A stretch of DNA of 64,000 nucleotides from an uncultured Acidimicrobiia bacterium. Lineage in GTDB: Bacteria > Actinomycetota > Acidimicrobiia > Spongiisociales > Spongiisociaceae. The notes under the pieces are model-generated. The model had not been told where the DNA came from, ran no database searches, and saw only the letters and a program-made list of their open reading frames with translations. The position numbers and the translations under genes are program-made. The first letter of the stretch is position 1. The number at the start of each line of letters is the position of its first letter. The stretch covers positions 1,031,990 to 1,095,989 of the forward strand of contig OY282370.1 in NCBI GenBank assembly GCA_958295745.1, written 5' to 3'. Positions 58,901 to 61,451 of the stretch are shown piece after piece.

Positions 58901-60465
58901 CCCTCCAGTATCGTGTCGGAGGCGGCCGTGAAGCTGAAGGTGGCCGTACCGCTGGTCTGGCCTGAGGCGATGGTCACATCCACCGAAGCGGGGGCCGTGA
59001 AATCGGTGCTCTCGGCCGTGTCGGCCGCGATGGTGACCGTGAACACAGCCGCGGTGCTCAACGCCGCCTCCCCGTCCGGCAGCGCCGCTTTTACGGTGAC
59101 CGTCCTGGTGTCGCCCTCGTCCACGTGACTCTGCTCGCCCGAGTCGGTCTGGGAATCCACGCTCAGGTTTACGGTGACGGAGGCTTCCTGTTGGCCGGAG
59201 ACGATCCGGTCGCCGGGCGGCTCGGGCGGCGCGGTCACGGTCGGCTCTTCTATGGTCGGTTCGTTGTCGGTGATGGTTATCTCGGCGCCGGTGATGTCCC
59301 CGATGCCGGATGCGGCGGTGGTCCCGGAAATGTCCACCGTCTCGCCGCCTTCGGACACCTGGTCGTCGATGGCCTCCAGAGTGAACTCGGCCTGCCCGCT
59401 GGTCTGACCGGCGGGGATGGTCACCGCAAAGTCATCAACGGGGTTGAAGTCCTCCGCCCCGGCCTGCCCGATTCCCCCTTGGCCGACGACCGACACCGTG
59501 ACCTCCGTATCCGTCTCCAGAGCCTGCGACCCGTCCGGGAAAGCGGCGGTCACGACCACCCCCGCCGCCCGGCCTTCGGAGACCTCGGTCTGGGCGCCCT
59601 CGGCCTCGGAGTCGGTGTCCACACTCAAAGCGATGGAAATCGGGCCGGTCTCTTCCTCGTCCTCGGTTTCCTCGTCGCCTTCCTCGTCTCCTACACCTTC
59701 GTCGCCGTCACCGCCCCCTGAACCGTCACCCTCATCATCACCCTCACCCTGCCCATCATCGCCCTGCTCACCGCCCTCACCCTCATCGCCCTCACCCTCA
59801 TCACCATCACCCTGCCCATCATCGCCCTGCCCACCGCCATCACCCTCACCACCGTCGCCATCGCCCTGCCCATCATCACCCTGCTCATCACCATCACCCT
59901 CATCACCATCACCCTCATCGCCGACCGGCGGCCGGTTCTCGCCCTCAGGGACGGTTCCTTCGTTCGCGGGGACGGTGGTGGAGGTCGTCGTAGGAGGAAC
60001 GGGGACGGTGGTAGAGGTCGTCGTAGGAGGAACGGGGACGGTGGTAGAGGTCGTCGTAGGAGAAGCGGCGAGAGTGGTAGAGGTGGTCGTAGGAGAAGCG
60101 GGGACGGTGGTGGTAGTCGTCGCAGGAGAAGCGGCGAGAGTGGTAGAGGTGGTCGTAGGAGAAGCGGCGAGAGTGGTGGAGGTGGTCGTAGGAGAAGCGG
60201 GGACGGTGGTGGTAGTCGTCGCAGGAGGATCGGCGAGAGTGGTGGTAGTCGTCGCAGCGCTGGTCGTAGATGTCGACTCGGGCGAGGCCGGAGCAGAAGT
60301 GGCAGAAGACGACGAAGAGGGGACGGTGATCAGGACCTCGGACTGCGCCCCCACGGCAGCGACCATCAGAAAAGCGGTAACCCCCGCCGTCCCGGCCAAG
60401 AACCGCATACGACGGCCGAACCCGCTCATCACTCGGCCCCAACCCCAGAAAAAGCGACTAGGCAA
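31918..60465 (-). CDS. giant (9515 aa) secreted SLH-anchored surface protein with ~80 tandem Calx-beta-like domains, cadherin-like domain and three C-terminal SLH domains
   Basis: Single uninterrupted 28.5 kb ORF. N-terminal signal (alternative start MSGFGRRMRFLAGTAGVTAFLMVAAVGAQS at 60429). An 11-aa Thr/Pro tandem linker and a GDE-rich acidic low-complexity region follow. ~110-aa units LSVDxDS..DQTSxxEGVSxRxVTVTA...VTVGAGTAExxDYSxPSG.ETFDVxIAAG..S.S.TFTLxTxxDxVxxExDxLxxxG are repeated dozens of times. Near the C-terminus: PPPP linker, cadherin-like beta-sandwich (LRSLAIAPGVLSPVFASDTLSYATTVSN...), then three SLH repeats (...RWQMALFLYRAA, ...RADMALMLDAFL, ...TRAQMAQFIARML). Confidence 0.8.
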   Translation of the reverse strand: MPSRFFWGWGRVMSGFGRRMRFLAGTAGVTAFLMVAAVGAQSEVLITVPSSSSSATSAPASPESTSTTSAATTTTTLADPPATTTTTVPASPTTTSTTLAASPTTTSTTLAASPATTTTTVPASPTTTSTTLAASPTTTSTTVPVPPTTTSTTVPVPPTTTSTTVPANEGTVPEGENRPPVGDEGDGDEGDGDEQGDDGQGDGDGGEGDGGGQGDDGQGDGDEGEGDEGEGGEQGDDGQGEGDDEGDGSGGGDGDEGVGDEEGDEETEDEEETGPISIALSVDTDSEAEGAQTEVSEGRAAGVVVTAAFPDGSQALETDTEVTVSVVGQGGIGQAGAEDFNPVDDFAVTIPAGQTSGQAEFTLEAIDDQVSEGGETVDISGTTAASGIGDITGAEITITDNEPTIEEPTVTAPPEPPGDRIVSGQQEASVTVNLSVDSQTDSGEQSHVDEGDTRTVTVKAALPDGEAALSTAAVFTVTIAADTAESTDFTAPASVDVTIASGQTSGTATFSFTAASDTILEGPETVSLSSTLAGYTVNPASLTIADEDAGFTLAASVSSVNEDAGATTVDLTVSFPNAATSELAAETQVSVTVTGVGATAGTDFENIADFTVPVAAAAVSGSKSITLTPTDDVLVETSTEQVEFTGSLFGRTASAAVTITDDDAAPTVIDLSVDTSSDSGQQTTIAEDAGATAVTVTAEFASGTAVESATAVNLQLSGAATSNFSLTIPQGQVRGTATVTVTPDNNAVAGEAPKTVTVSLRGTSTYTVNSAEFTIEDDEEAIINLRPIRCITHANGNDDIYEGEGFGSVCFGILGSLPYGTRTAGPVTVSNLTIRGTAASGTDYNWAFVEQSTGPRNQITFQRLAETQHMTALVSIAALDDTAVNEGVETIVIEGQADAGFKVRPVAIRLHDHDYSANRINLMVDAAHPLVGVQPSVAEGAANQTVTVTAAYAERASKSSATTVTVSVAASAGAYGAEANDFTAVNDFTVTIPANAASGSATFSLTTASDDLVEGPEDIAVTGTAAGHTVNGAFVIIDDDADTVPTVNLSVDTQTDTGEQNYVVEGNTRTVAVKASVPNGAAALTSSTTFTVSLAADTAEAGDFTAPATVDVTIPANSRSGTATISFAAASDTALEGLETVSLTSSLSGYVVNPASITIRDQDSQFQLRIDKTSVDENAGPTSITLTVRFPHAATSELTSETGVAVAVTGVGATAGTDFANITDFTVPVAAGATQGSKTVTLTPTDDSIHEVSAEQVQFMASVFGQAVSTRVTITDNDPAPTTIDLKVDTSSDPGQQTSIAEDAGTTTVTVTAEFASGAVDSDTTLRLWVVGVTATTPIGFNPGDLSFSGGPYVTVTIPKNQVRGSGTIGVIPFNDPFIEGPETAKVRLRFGETSPYTINEGLFTIEDDDPAIVNLAARAVKCQPTDSQPASDHISEGDGKVCFEVSGTLPAGKHPTGNVTVRDFTFTGGTATSGTDFTTAFVSGRDQLTIHTGNPRRVTPARVDITAVDDSSMDEGVETIVIEGRGADGYTVRSVAVLLADNDLSPNRIDLKVDTNSVLAGYQPSIGEGVDDQTVTVTASYADNVSRTSSTAITVSVAGAGGTRGAEANDFTAVSDFTVTIPANAASGSATFSLTTADDERVEGAEDLAVSGTASGFTVNGAMVTIDDDDAPPAIVLSVDADDAASGVQSSVGEASAAKTARVTASVPGGTTFESAVAVTVSVDGAGGTGEAEAADFAAVADFTVTIPAGQSSGSATFSLDPTEDVSVEGAEDITVSGTSAAVGVRVISTSIEITDNDDPPAAALSVDLDSGTPGDQDTIGEGDAAVTATVTAALPAGSKTFESDVTISVTVSGEGTTGKAESSDFSTDKTNNTFDMTIPAGGRSSSETFTLTITDDEVLDITPETITLSGAADFSGMTVTADSITIDSDNDTGHPTIALSVDTDNAAAGVQSSVNEGAVKTVKVTAAFPAGAKTLETATVVSVLVSTAGTVEANDFSTDKTNDTFDITIPAGARSGSATFTLTTVDDNLVGEGIETVILSGTTTAPGFTTPASASFTIPDADDNTLVVISQDVEPSSTETFEDEVREGGGPYEGVRVRLAIPYTGLQKVFESEATFTVQVTDAGLATAEADDFSTDKTDNSFDITFPAGSYRAEGTFKLTITDDALYERDEEIRLTGTTDTPGVRVFRSEITIIDNEARPAISMTIDTDLEVFGDQDYIPEGITSRKVKVTASVAEGSAERESDTVVTVSHVPVTAASPADYSFTHWGDIPYGGNRTNITIPAGADQASKYFKVSTVDDNTSGEGAETFQIAGFSPWYVDNGVGAITPAVVTIDDSDNPSTIYLRVDTSSTQPGVQKAVSEPSQTRVLVTTSLPNGAPGLSANQTVTVSVVGGGGSGQAEASDFSAVSSFDMTIARGDDMVSRNFTLFVTDDTVVDVLPEVLTVSGSSSGYTVRNDFIVIEEDNDTTTVNLSVDTDSTTPSNQNTAAEGTDATVTVSAALTGTAALEEDLELTVSVAGAGGSGQAGPDDFDAVTDFTLTVSKTSRTGSATFDLSGTDDNVADEGTEKISVTGATSYAGVTVNGAEISITDGDQAPTVIVLSVDADDAATGDQSSVTEGAAASTARVTASFPNGSAVLPTKTTVRVSVAGEGGTGQAETADFTAVNSFDVEIPAGQSSGSATFGLATAEDDYAEGAETITVSGVASGYTVNSGSVTIDDNDAAPTGFTLSVDADTSATGAQTSLGEASAAKTAQVTASLPDDSKTFESATVITVSVSGDGGTGQAEAADFTAVSDLTITIPAGQSSGSATFTLDPIEDDYAEGDEDITVSGTADRTGITITGATVEITDNDTAPTTVALSVDLDSDTTGDQDTIGEGDAAAAVTVTADLPADSKTFESATAITVTVSGEGTAGKAESSDFSTDKTNDSFTVSLAAGATTGSATFTLTIADDNVVDLVSETITVSGTTDRSGLAVTGDTITIDSDNDTGPTTISLGVDTSTDTGIQTAVTEAADAHPITVTAAYPDGSNVYEKVIAVTLSATGVTASAGDFTFAATSLANPSLILNIPSSQASVSDSSGFLLTAVDDNTVEPAETLTIGGTATGFTVSGVTATIDDNDPAPTTIDLSVDTDSGTVGDQTNVMEGGSATTVTVKATLAGSSVLTSDTVVTVSVAGEGTTGKAEAADFTAVTSFDVTISAGQSSGAGTFTLTLTDDDLAEGNESLTVSGVTTASGFSTVNSASVNIVDNDVTPTTITLTINPTSVSEGGGATTVDVTAAFPAGSPTFETATSVSVSVSGGTATSGTDYAAVTSFTVSIAAGETSGMGTFTFTPTEDTVAGEGNETINVSGTAAGFTFTNAVLSIADNDVKPSSIVLTVDADGDTTGDQTSVTEASGSTTVSVKVAFPANSPSLASATDVTVKLVGEPARSGEADETTLVLGQAKGKVMHTTGFDYSTNKTNDTFTITIPAGQTSQTGDFTLTVVDDTQSEGPETFKVAGTSTGFTFNAAPEMTITDNETTDISLFFSDGDGNRRPADSPFDDAEHLKEGVHEDTTLPLWGGVAPPTLPFNIYLTLGTAVGQQYLDITIRTSGTAVEGILTDTSRDYDLQWRHGPSTVFSREALPNNVFRIGRGHTRYNEGGEELSPTQSIFVYDDNIAEGDETITFTGHSIQGVSNSISVTLKDNDIAPTVINLAVDTDTSTTATSETKLMEGDSSTTVKITASFPVGSAVLPTPTAVAVSLMDNTATSRDHLAVPSFNVIIPALATSGSTEFTLTLVDDDIVEDPEILDVGGTLAGFTVNPAMITIADNETISLSLDTDGATTGAQTSVDEGVTDQTVTVTASFDAASSVLTGATVVTVSAADGSTNPASAPDDYTAVSDFTITIPAGDISASATFDLTTAADNIALEGSETLSVSGTATGYTVTNTTMSITDGTTVPSLAFTVDADTSTPGVQTSVGEGVSGRSVEVTASLSGSNVLARDLTIPVTVGRGTAETTDYSVTGGSFNLTISAGQSTSNTETFTLNTVDDSVTGETDALSVGGTATLAGVTFSGSTPLTINDDDAATVGLSVDTDSGETGDQTSLEEGVSGRSVSVTATVSGSLTVEAATTVAVTVGAGTAESSDYSIPSGQESFDVVIAAGTGSDSETFALTTKTDTVVGEADVLAVSGATAGFTVNGASLTITETGTIGLSVDADGGTSGDQTSLAEGISGRTVTVTATVAGGGTVEAETTVAVTVGAGTAEATDYSIPSGEDTFDVTIAAGASSGSATFTLNTDDDSVVAETDVLAITGTTTAAGITVSSASLTIDDSDTGTVTLSVDADSGTPGDQTSIDEGVSGRSVTVKAKVGGSLTVEAETTVAVTVGAGTAEGSDYSIPSGQDTFGVVISAGGSSGSNTFALTTNTDSVAGESDVLSITGSTTAAGLTVSSASLQIGETVTIDLSVDTDGNTPGSQTSLAEGVSGRTVTVTAAVAGGGTMEAETSVSVSVGAGTAEGSDYSIPSGQESFMVTISAGASSGSATFSLTTETDSVISEVDALAVSGTAAGFTVSGASLAITGTGTIGLSVDADGGTSGDQTSLGEGVSGRTVTVTAAAATGVTVEAETTVAVTVGAGTAEGSDYSIPSGQDTFDVVIAAGGSSGSNTFTLNTRDDTVVAETDVLSVTGTTTAAGVTVSSASLTIDDSDTGTVGLSVSPTSLAEGLSNQTVTVKATLAGLTVEAETTVAVSVGAGTAEGSDYSIPSGQETFDVVIAAGGSSGSNTFTLTANSDSVISEVDALAVSGSVAGFTVNPASLTITETGTIGLSVDASSDSGVQTSLGEGVSARTVTVTASVAGGGTAETETTVAVTVGAGTAEAGDYSIPSGEDTFDVTIAAGASSGSATFTLNTVDDDVVNEADALEITGTTTTTGITVNKTSLTISDDDTAVIDLSVSPASLDEGVSGRSVSVTATVAGSLKVEDAITVAVTVGAGTAEASDYSIPSGQESFDVTIAASTGSKSGSFTLSTVDDSVAGESDVLAIGGVSGSLTVNGASLTITDGDSAPAIGLSVSPASLGEGVANRSVSVTATLAGSTTMETDTTVAVTVGAGTAEASDYSIPAGQETFDVTISAGSPSGSNTFTLTTKSDSVISEVDALAISGSVSGFTVNGASLAIADTGTIGLSVDADGGTSGAQTSVGEDVSGRTVTVTAAVSGGGTVEAETSVSVSVGAGTAEASDYSITAGEETFNVVIAAGTGSKSGTFTLNTVDDDVVGEADALTITGSTTTAGVSVGSASLTISDDDAAVIDLSVDADSGETGDQTSIEEGVSGRSVTVKATVAGSLTVEAATTVSVSVGAGTAESGDYSIPSGQEAFTVEIAAGTGVKSGTFALTTNSDSQAGEADALSITGTASGFTVNGASLQIGETVNIGLSVDADSGTVGDQASLGEGVSNRTVTVTAATAGGVAMETETTVSVTVGAGTAESGDYSIPDGEETFDVTIAAGASSGSGTFTLTTNSDSVISEVDALAVSGSAAGFTVGGASLTITDTGTIGLSVSPTSLGEGVANRSVSVTAAVSGGGTVEAETTVSVSVGAGTAEASDYSIPSGQESFNVVIAAGTGSKSGTFTLNTVDDSVAGEADALEITGSTTTAGVSVTKTSLTITDGDSAPAIGLSVSPTSLGEGVSNRSVSVTATLAGSTTMETDTTVAVTVGAGTAESGDYSIPSGQESFDVTIAAGDRSSSGSDTFTLTTNSDSVISEVDALAVSGTATGFTVNPASLAITDSGTIGLSVDASSASGVQTTIGEGVSNRSVTVTATVAGGGTAETETTVAVTVGAGTAESSDYSITAGEETFDVTIAAGASSGSATFTLNTADDSVVNEADALEITGVSGSLTVNKTSLTISDDDTAVIDLSVSPTSVDEGEANRAVSVTATLAGSLTVEDSITVAVTVGAGTAEASDYSIPSGQDSFDVTIAASAGSGSFTLSTVDDSVAGESDVLAISGVSGSLTVNGASLTINDGDSAPAIGLSVSPASLGEGVSNRSVTVTATLAGSTTMETDTTVAVSVGAGTAEASDYSITAGEETFDVTIAAGSSSGSDTFTLTTKSDSVISEVDALAISGSVSGFTVNGASLAIIDTGTVGLSVDADSASGVQTTIGEGVSGRSVTVTATVAGGGTAETETTVAVTVGAGTAEADDYSITAGEETFDVVIAAGSSSGSNTFTLSTEDDDVVNESDVLAIGGVSGSLTVNGASLTISDDDAAVIDLSVDADSGTPGDQTSIGEGVLGRSVGVTATVSGSLTVEAATTVSVSVGAGTAEADDYSIPAGDESFDVTIAAGTGGKSGTFSLTTNVDSLAGEADALSITGTASGFTVNGASLQIGETVNIALSVDTDSGTVGDQASLGEGVSNRTVTVTATVAGGAAEAEITVSVTVGAGTAESGDYSIPSGQETFDVTIAAGASSGSGTFTLTTNSDTVISEVDALTVSGTASGFTVGGASLTITGTGTIGLSVSPTSLGEGVSDQSVSVTAAAAGGGTVETETTVSVTVGAGTAESGDYSIPSGQESFDVTIAAGTGSKAGTFSLTTNSDSVAGESDVLAISGVSGSLTVNGASLTITDGDSAPAIGLSVSPTSVDEGEANRSVTVTATLAGSTTMETDTTVAVTVGAGTAESGDYSIPSSQETFDVVISAGSSSGSNTFTLTTNTDSVISEVDALAISGTATGFTVNGASLTIADTGTIGLSVDADSASGTQTTIGEDVSNRTVTVTATVAGGGTAETETTVRVSVGAGTAESEDYSIPSGQETFDVTIAAGASSGSGTFTLNTLDDSVVNEADVLAISGVSGSLTVNGASLTISDDDAAVIGLSVDADSASGVQTSLGEGVSGRSVSVTATVAGSLMVENAVTVAVTVGAGTAETGDYSIPSGQETFDVTIAAGTDSKSGTFTLNTVDDTVVAEVDALAVSGTATGFTVNGASLTISDDDAAVIGLSVSPTSLGEDVSGRSVSVTATVAGSLTVEADTTVAVTVGAGTAETGDYSIPSGQETFDVTIAAGDGSSSGSDTFTLTTNSDSVISEVDALAISGSVAGFTVNGASLTIADTGTIGLSVDADSASGAQTSIGEGVSNRTVTVTAAVAGGGTAETETTVSVSVGAGTAEAEDYSIPSGQESFDVTIAAGASSGSATFTLNTQDDDVVNEADALEITGTTTTTGVSVGSATLTISDDDTAVIDLSVDADSGTPGPQTSIGEGVLGRSVEVTATVADSLTVEAAITVAVTVEAGTAEADDYSIQPGQDSFDLAIAAGTNSKSGSFTLSTVDDSVAGESDVLAIGGVSGSLTVNGASLTIDDEDTADTVDLSVDKGSVVEGRSETVTVTATLGGPLVLESTALSVPVVIQDGSTDGSADYSATPSSFNVAIAAGQESGTSSFTLVAESDSVNGENEAVVVAGGVLAGYTINSAAVSITDTSTNTVSRGSPVTVDLVVDADPAAGRQTSLAEGITNREVTVTAAVNGGGTLDADTVIAVSVGAGTAEASDYSIPAGEETFDVTIAAGSSSGSGTFTITTYTDSVTAEVDALSITGTTTASGFTINSASLTIDDSGTVDLSVDADGSKPGDQTSVDEGVTNRSVTVTATVTGGDTVEANTTITVSVGAGTAESEDYSIPSGQESFDVTIAAGGTSGSGTFPLSTTDDKVLAETDALSISGSSSLSGLTIGSVSLGIDDSDKTIGLSVDSGETGDQTSIGEGVSNRSVTVTASVPGGGTAEAETTVSVTVGAGTAESSDYSIPAGEESFDVTIAAGAPSGSATFTLTTNTDTVISEVDALSITGAVAGFTVNGASLTISDSGTVDLSVDADSASGVQTTIGEGVSNRSVTVTATVAGGGTAETETTVTVSVGRGTAEASDYSIPVGEESFDLVIAAGGSTKAGTFTLNTLDDDVVAETDALSISGTTTAAGITVGQASLTLSDSDAATIDLSVDVDSGAPGDQDRMAEGISNRTVTVTATVAGSLTVEAGTTVSVSVGAGTAEADDYSIPAGEETFDLVIAAGTGSKSGTFTLTTNTDSVISENDALNISGTASGFTVNGKSLTIVDSNTVDLSVDADSTTDGAQDSIGEGISGRTVTVTAAVPGGGTVESETTVSVSVGAGTAEASDYSIPAGDETFDVVIAAGESSGTGTFELTTNTDSVVAETDVLSITGNAMGFDVTEASLMITDSGTVDLSVDADGGTSGDQTSIGEGISGRTVTVKATVPGPATVEADTTISVSVGADTAESSDYSIPDGEETFDVVIAAGESSSESGTFTLNTLNDDVVAETDALSISGTTTAPGLTINSASLTIDDSDTAAIDLSADADSTTAEVETSIDEGETNQTVKVTATVAGSLTVEAETTVAVSVGAGTAEVGDYSIPSGQETFDVVIAAGTRSKSGTFPITTITDTVVAEADALEITGTATGFTVNEASLTITDTGTITLSVDADSTTAEVENTIGEGENNTVRVTASVSGGGTVESDTTISVSVGAGSAESSDYSIPAGDESFDVTIAADAGSKSGTFTLNTVDDTVAGETDVLSISGTTTADGLTVSPASLEITDSDSTIDLSVDADSSTDEDQTSLGEGVSGRTVTVTAKVSGGGTVESNTTVRVSVGAGTAEGSDYSIPSGQETFDVVIAAGDGSNSATFTLTTYTDNMVAEADALQITGTATGFTVNEASLTIIGGGTIDLSVDADSGTSGDQTSIDEGVSNRTVTVTATAPMGGVVEAETSVSVSVGAGTAQAEDYSIPVGGETFDVVIAEGGSSGSGTFMLSTTDDNVADETEALQITGSITAAAEVTVNPTSLTITDGDARPTKINLSSDDSEVSEGTIETITITAAFPDNKVLTEPVTVLVEVTAEGSTQATDYTANPTNFTIVIPAGENSKQESFTLTAKDDDIAGENDKVKVTGTAAEFTFNDPLLVNIKDTDPDPNAILLSADRSSVNEGDSAQTVTVTASFGNGPKWAANTMVQIQVADGTAMSSDYQVDKSTFTVTINKESQQAAGTFKLTASQDSETERDESIRIAGTDVGGKFEVRDASVTIKDVTTQEPPPPPTEDPPSPPDPPDPPSPPDPPGPPPPPEPPGPPPPEDPKKPQEEASTDASLRSLAIAPGVLSPVFASDTLSYATTVSNRVWTVQVRAVPNHPKATVRIGGKIATGSHNVSVGTGEATISLLVTAEDKITTRTYQVAVGRGTGPGFADDLPAMTACVGQALRRYGFQDVAGWFSEQDINCIGYYGITLGRTPTRYAPEEIVPRWQMALFLYRAAIPAGITLPAPQDQGFVDIANRSERDREAMNMVAQLGIMPGRGDKFDPHGEISRADMALMLDAFLGLVTVGEGGVARDSVEPDPTLFEDVGDLSEREQLAIRRIFEMGVTRGSSAVAFKPAAKVTRAQMAQFIARMLSHTIARPIGVSIQADPSSLQGGQVDVVVSVRAEGFAPVRSARVDLFTAADQDAAFADDGTCASGRVSKTGPGTQACMIDSSDPVTDTNGDLRSSTAYRRGTTVWAWQDALNTTLDDTTIRAKLTL
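32130..32900 (-). other. three SLH domains of the giant protein (approximate coordinates)
   Basis: SLH consensus segments in the C-terminal ~260 aa of the translated product. Confidence 0.55.
34100..48300. repeat. array of ~40 near-identical ~330-360 bp tandem repeats (Calx-beta-like domain units) inside the giant gene
   Basis: Periodic antisense shadow ORFs every ~330-360 bp on the + strand (35048, 35456, 36260, ... 47525) with near-identical translations. Visually recurring blocks include gtcaacgacgccccgttcaccgtcaacgaacccgacacaccg and gaatcgaataatc. Confidence 0.8.
59968..60265. repeat. 33-bp tandem repeat x ~9 (encodes 11-aa Thr/Pro-rich units, e.g. LAASPTTTSTT) near the 5' end of the giant gene
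   Basis: Units ggggacggtggtRgaggtcgtcgtaggagRaRc / ggcgagagtggtagaggtggtcgtaggagaagc alternate. Confidence 0.8.
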
Positions 60466-60601
60466 TCACTGGTATGTGACGACCTAGCCGCATCCGTTCG
60501 GCGACTAACCGATCCGCGACAACACAACTTCCGACATCGGCACCACAGAGACGAGAGCGCCGCCCCTAACGCTCCGGTCCGTCTAACCGGCAAAACTGCA
60601 A

Positions 60602-60612
60602 CCCCCCCCCCC
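60602..60612. repeat. homopolymeric C11/G11 tract
   Basis: Eleven consecutive C, ~140 nt upstream of the giant gene start, in the whiB/giant-gene divergent intergenic region. Confidence 0.9.
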
Positions 60613-61049
60613 AGCCGCTACCGGAACACCGTGCACATACCCGTCCACGCGCCTTCTTCCTCCATTACCGTTCCTTGAGTACCCCGCCAAAATACCCGCT
60701 TTCGCGAAGTACCCCAACAGGGTGATTGTACCGTGCTTCTTTACAAAATGTCAATCAGTGCGGGAGTTCACAGGAATACCCCTCTGAGCAGGGGTTTTCC
60801 GGCGTAGAGGAGGGCTCGTGTCCGGTGCTCGGCGCAGTCGCGGAACCCGAAAACCGATTCGTTCGATCCGTTCGGGTGAGCTTGCCGCGGGCGCCGGCAG
60901 CGCGGCCGCCGGCGCAACGGGCGTGAGCGCCGGTCGACGATCCGGGTGCGCCGCCGCCTCAGGGTGCGTCCGGCGGGAACAAGTCTGCGGCGAGGTCGTC
61001 AGAAAAACTTTGACTGTGGTAATATCTTATCGGGAATATCGCCGACCTA

Positions 61050-61370
61050 GTGGGGGTTGTAACAGATATGAACGAAGCACCGCTCCTGATCTATCCGTCC
61101 GCCGCTCAGCCGGCCGTCTACGGCGCCCTGTCGTGGCGCGACCGGGCGGCCTGCGGAGACACCGACCCCAACCTGTTCTTCCCGGACGACGGGGACGTCA
61201 TCGGGACCGAGCGGGCCAAGGCGGTCTGCGCTTCCTGCCCGGTCGCCCGGCACTGCCTGTCGTTCGCGCTCGAGACCAACCAGGTCGAGGGTGTCTGGGG
61301 GGGCACCACCAAGGGCGACCGCCGCAGGCTGCGGAGGCAGCTGCTCAAGGAGTTCCGCGAAGCGGGCTGA
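61050..61370 (+). CDS. whiB: WhiB-family (Wbl) Fe-S transcriptional regulator
   Basis: 106 aa (alternative start MNEAPLL at 61068). Four Cys (C...C..C.....C) in WRDRAACGDTDPNLFFP...AKAVCASCPVARHCLSFAL. C-terminal GVWGGTTKGDRRRLRR turn. Confidence 0.8.
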   Translation: MGVVTDMNEAPLLIYPSAAQPAVYGALSWRDRAACGDTDPNLFFPDDGDVIGTERAKAVCASCPVARHCLSFALETNQVEGVWGGTTKGDRRRLRRQLLKEFREAG

Positions 61371-61451
61371 TCCCCGCCGTCTCATACCGGCGACCGGCTG
61401 CCCTCCGGCATACCGGTTGTTCTTCCCGCATCCGGTTAGCCTGAATGACAA

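Noticed and set aside
32012-59721. Dozens of + strand ORFs of 60-880 aa (e.g. 32560..35205, 35048..35371, 43037..43390, 54658..56001) antisense to the giant gene
   Set aside because: They are periodic shadow ORFs created by the high-GC repetitive coding sequence on the opposite strand. Translations are low-complexity Val/Ser/Thr/Pro strings that mirror the repeat period. The minus-strand frame is a single uninterrupted 9515-codon ORF with coherent domain grammar.
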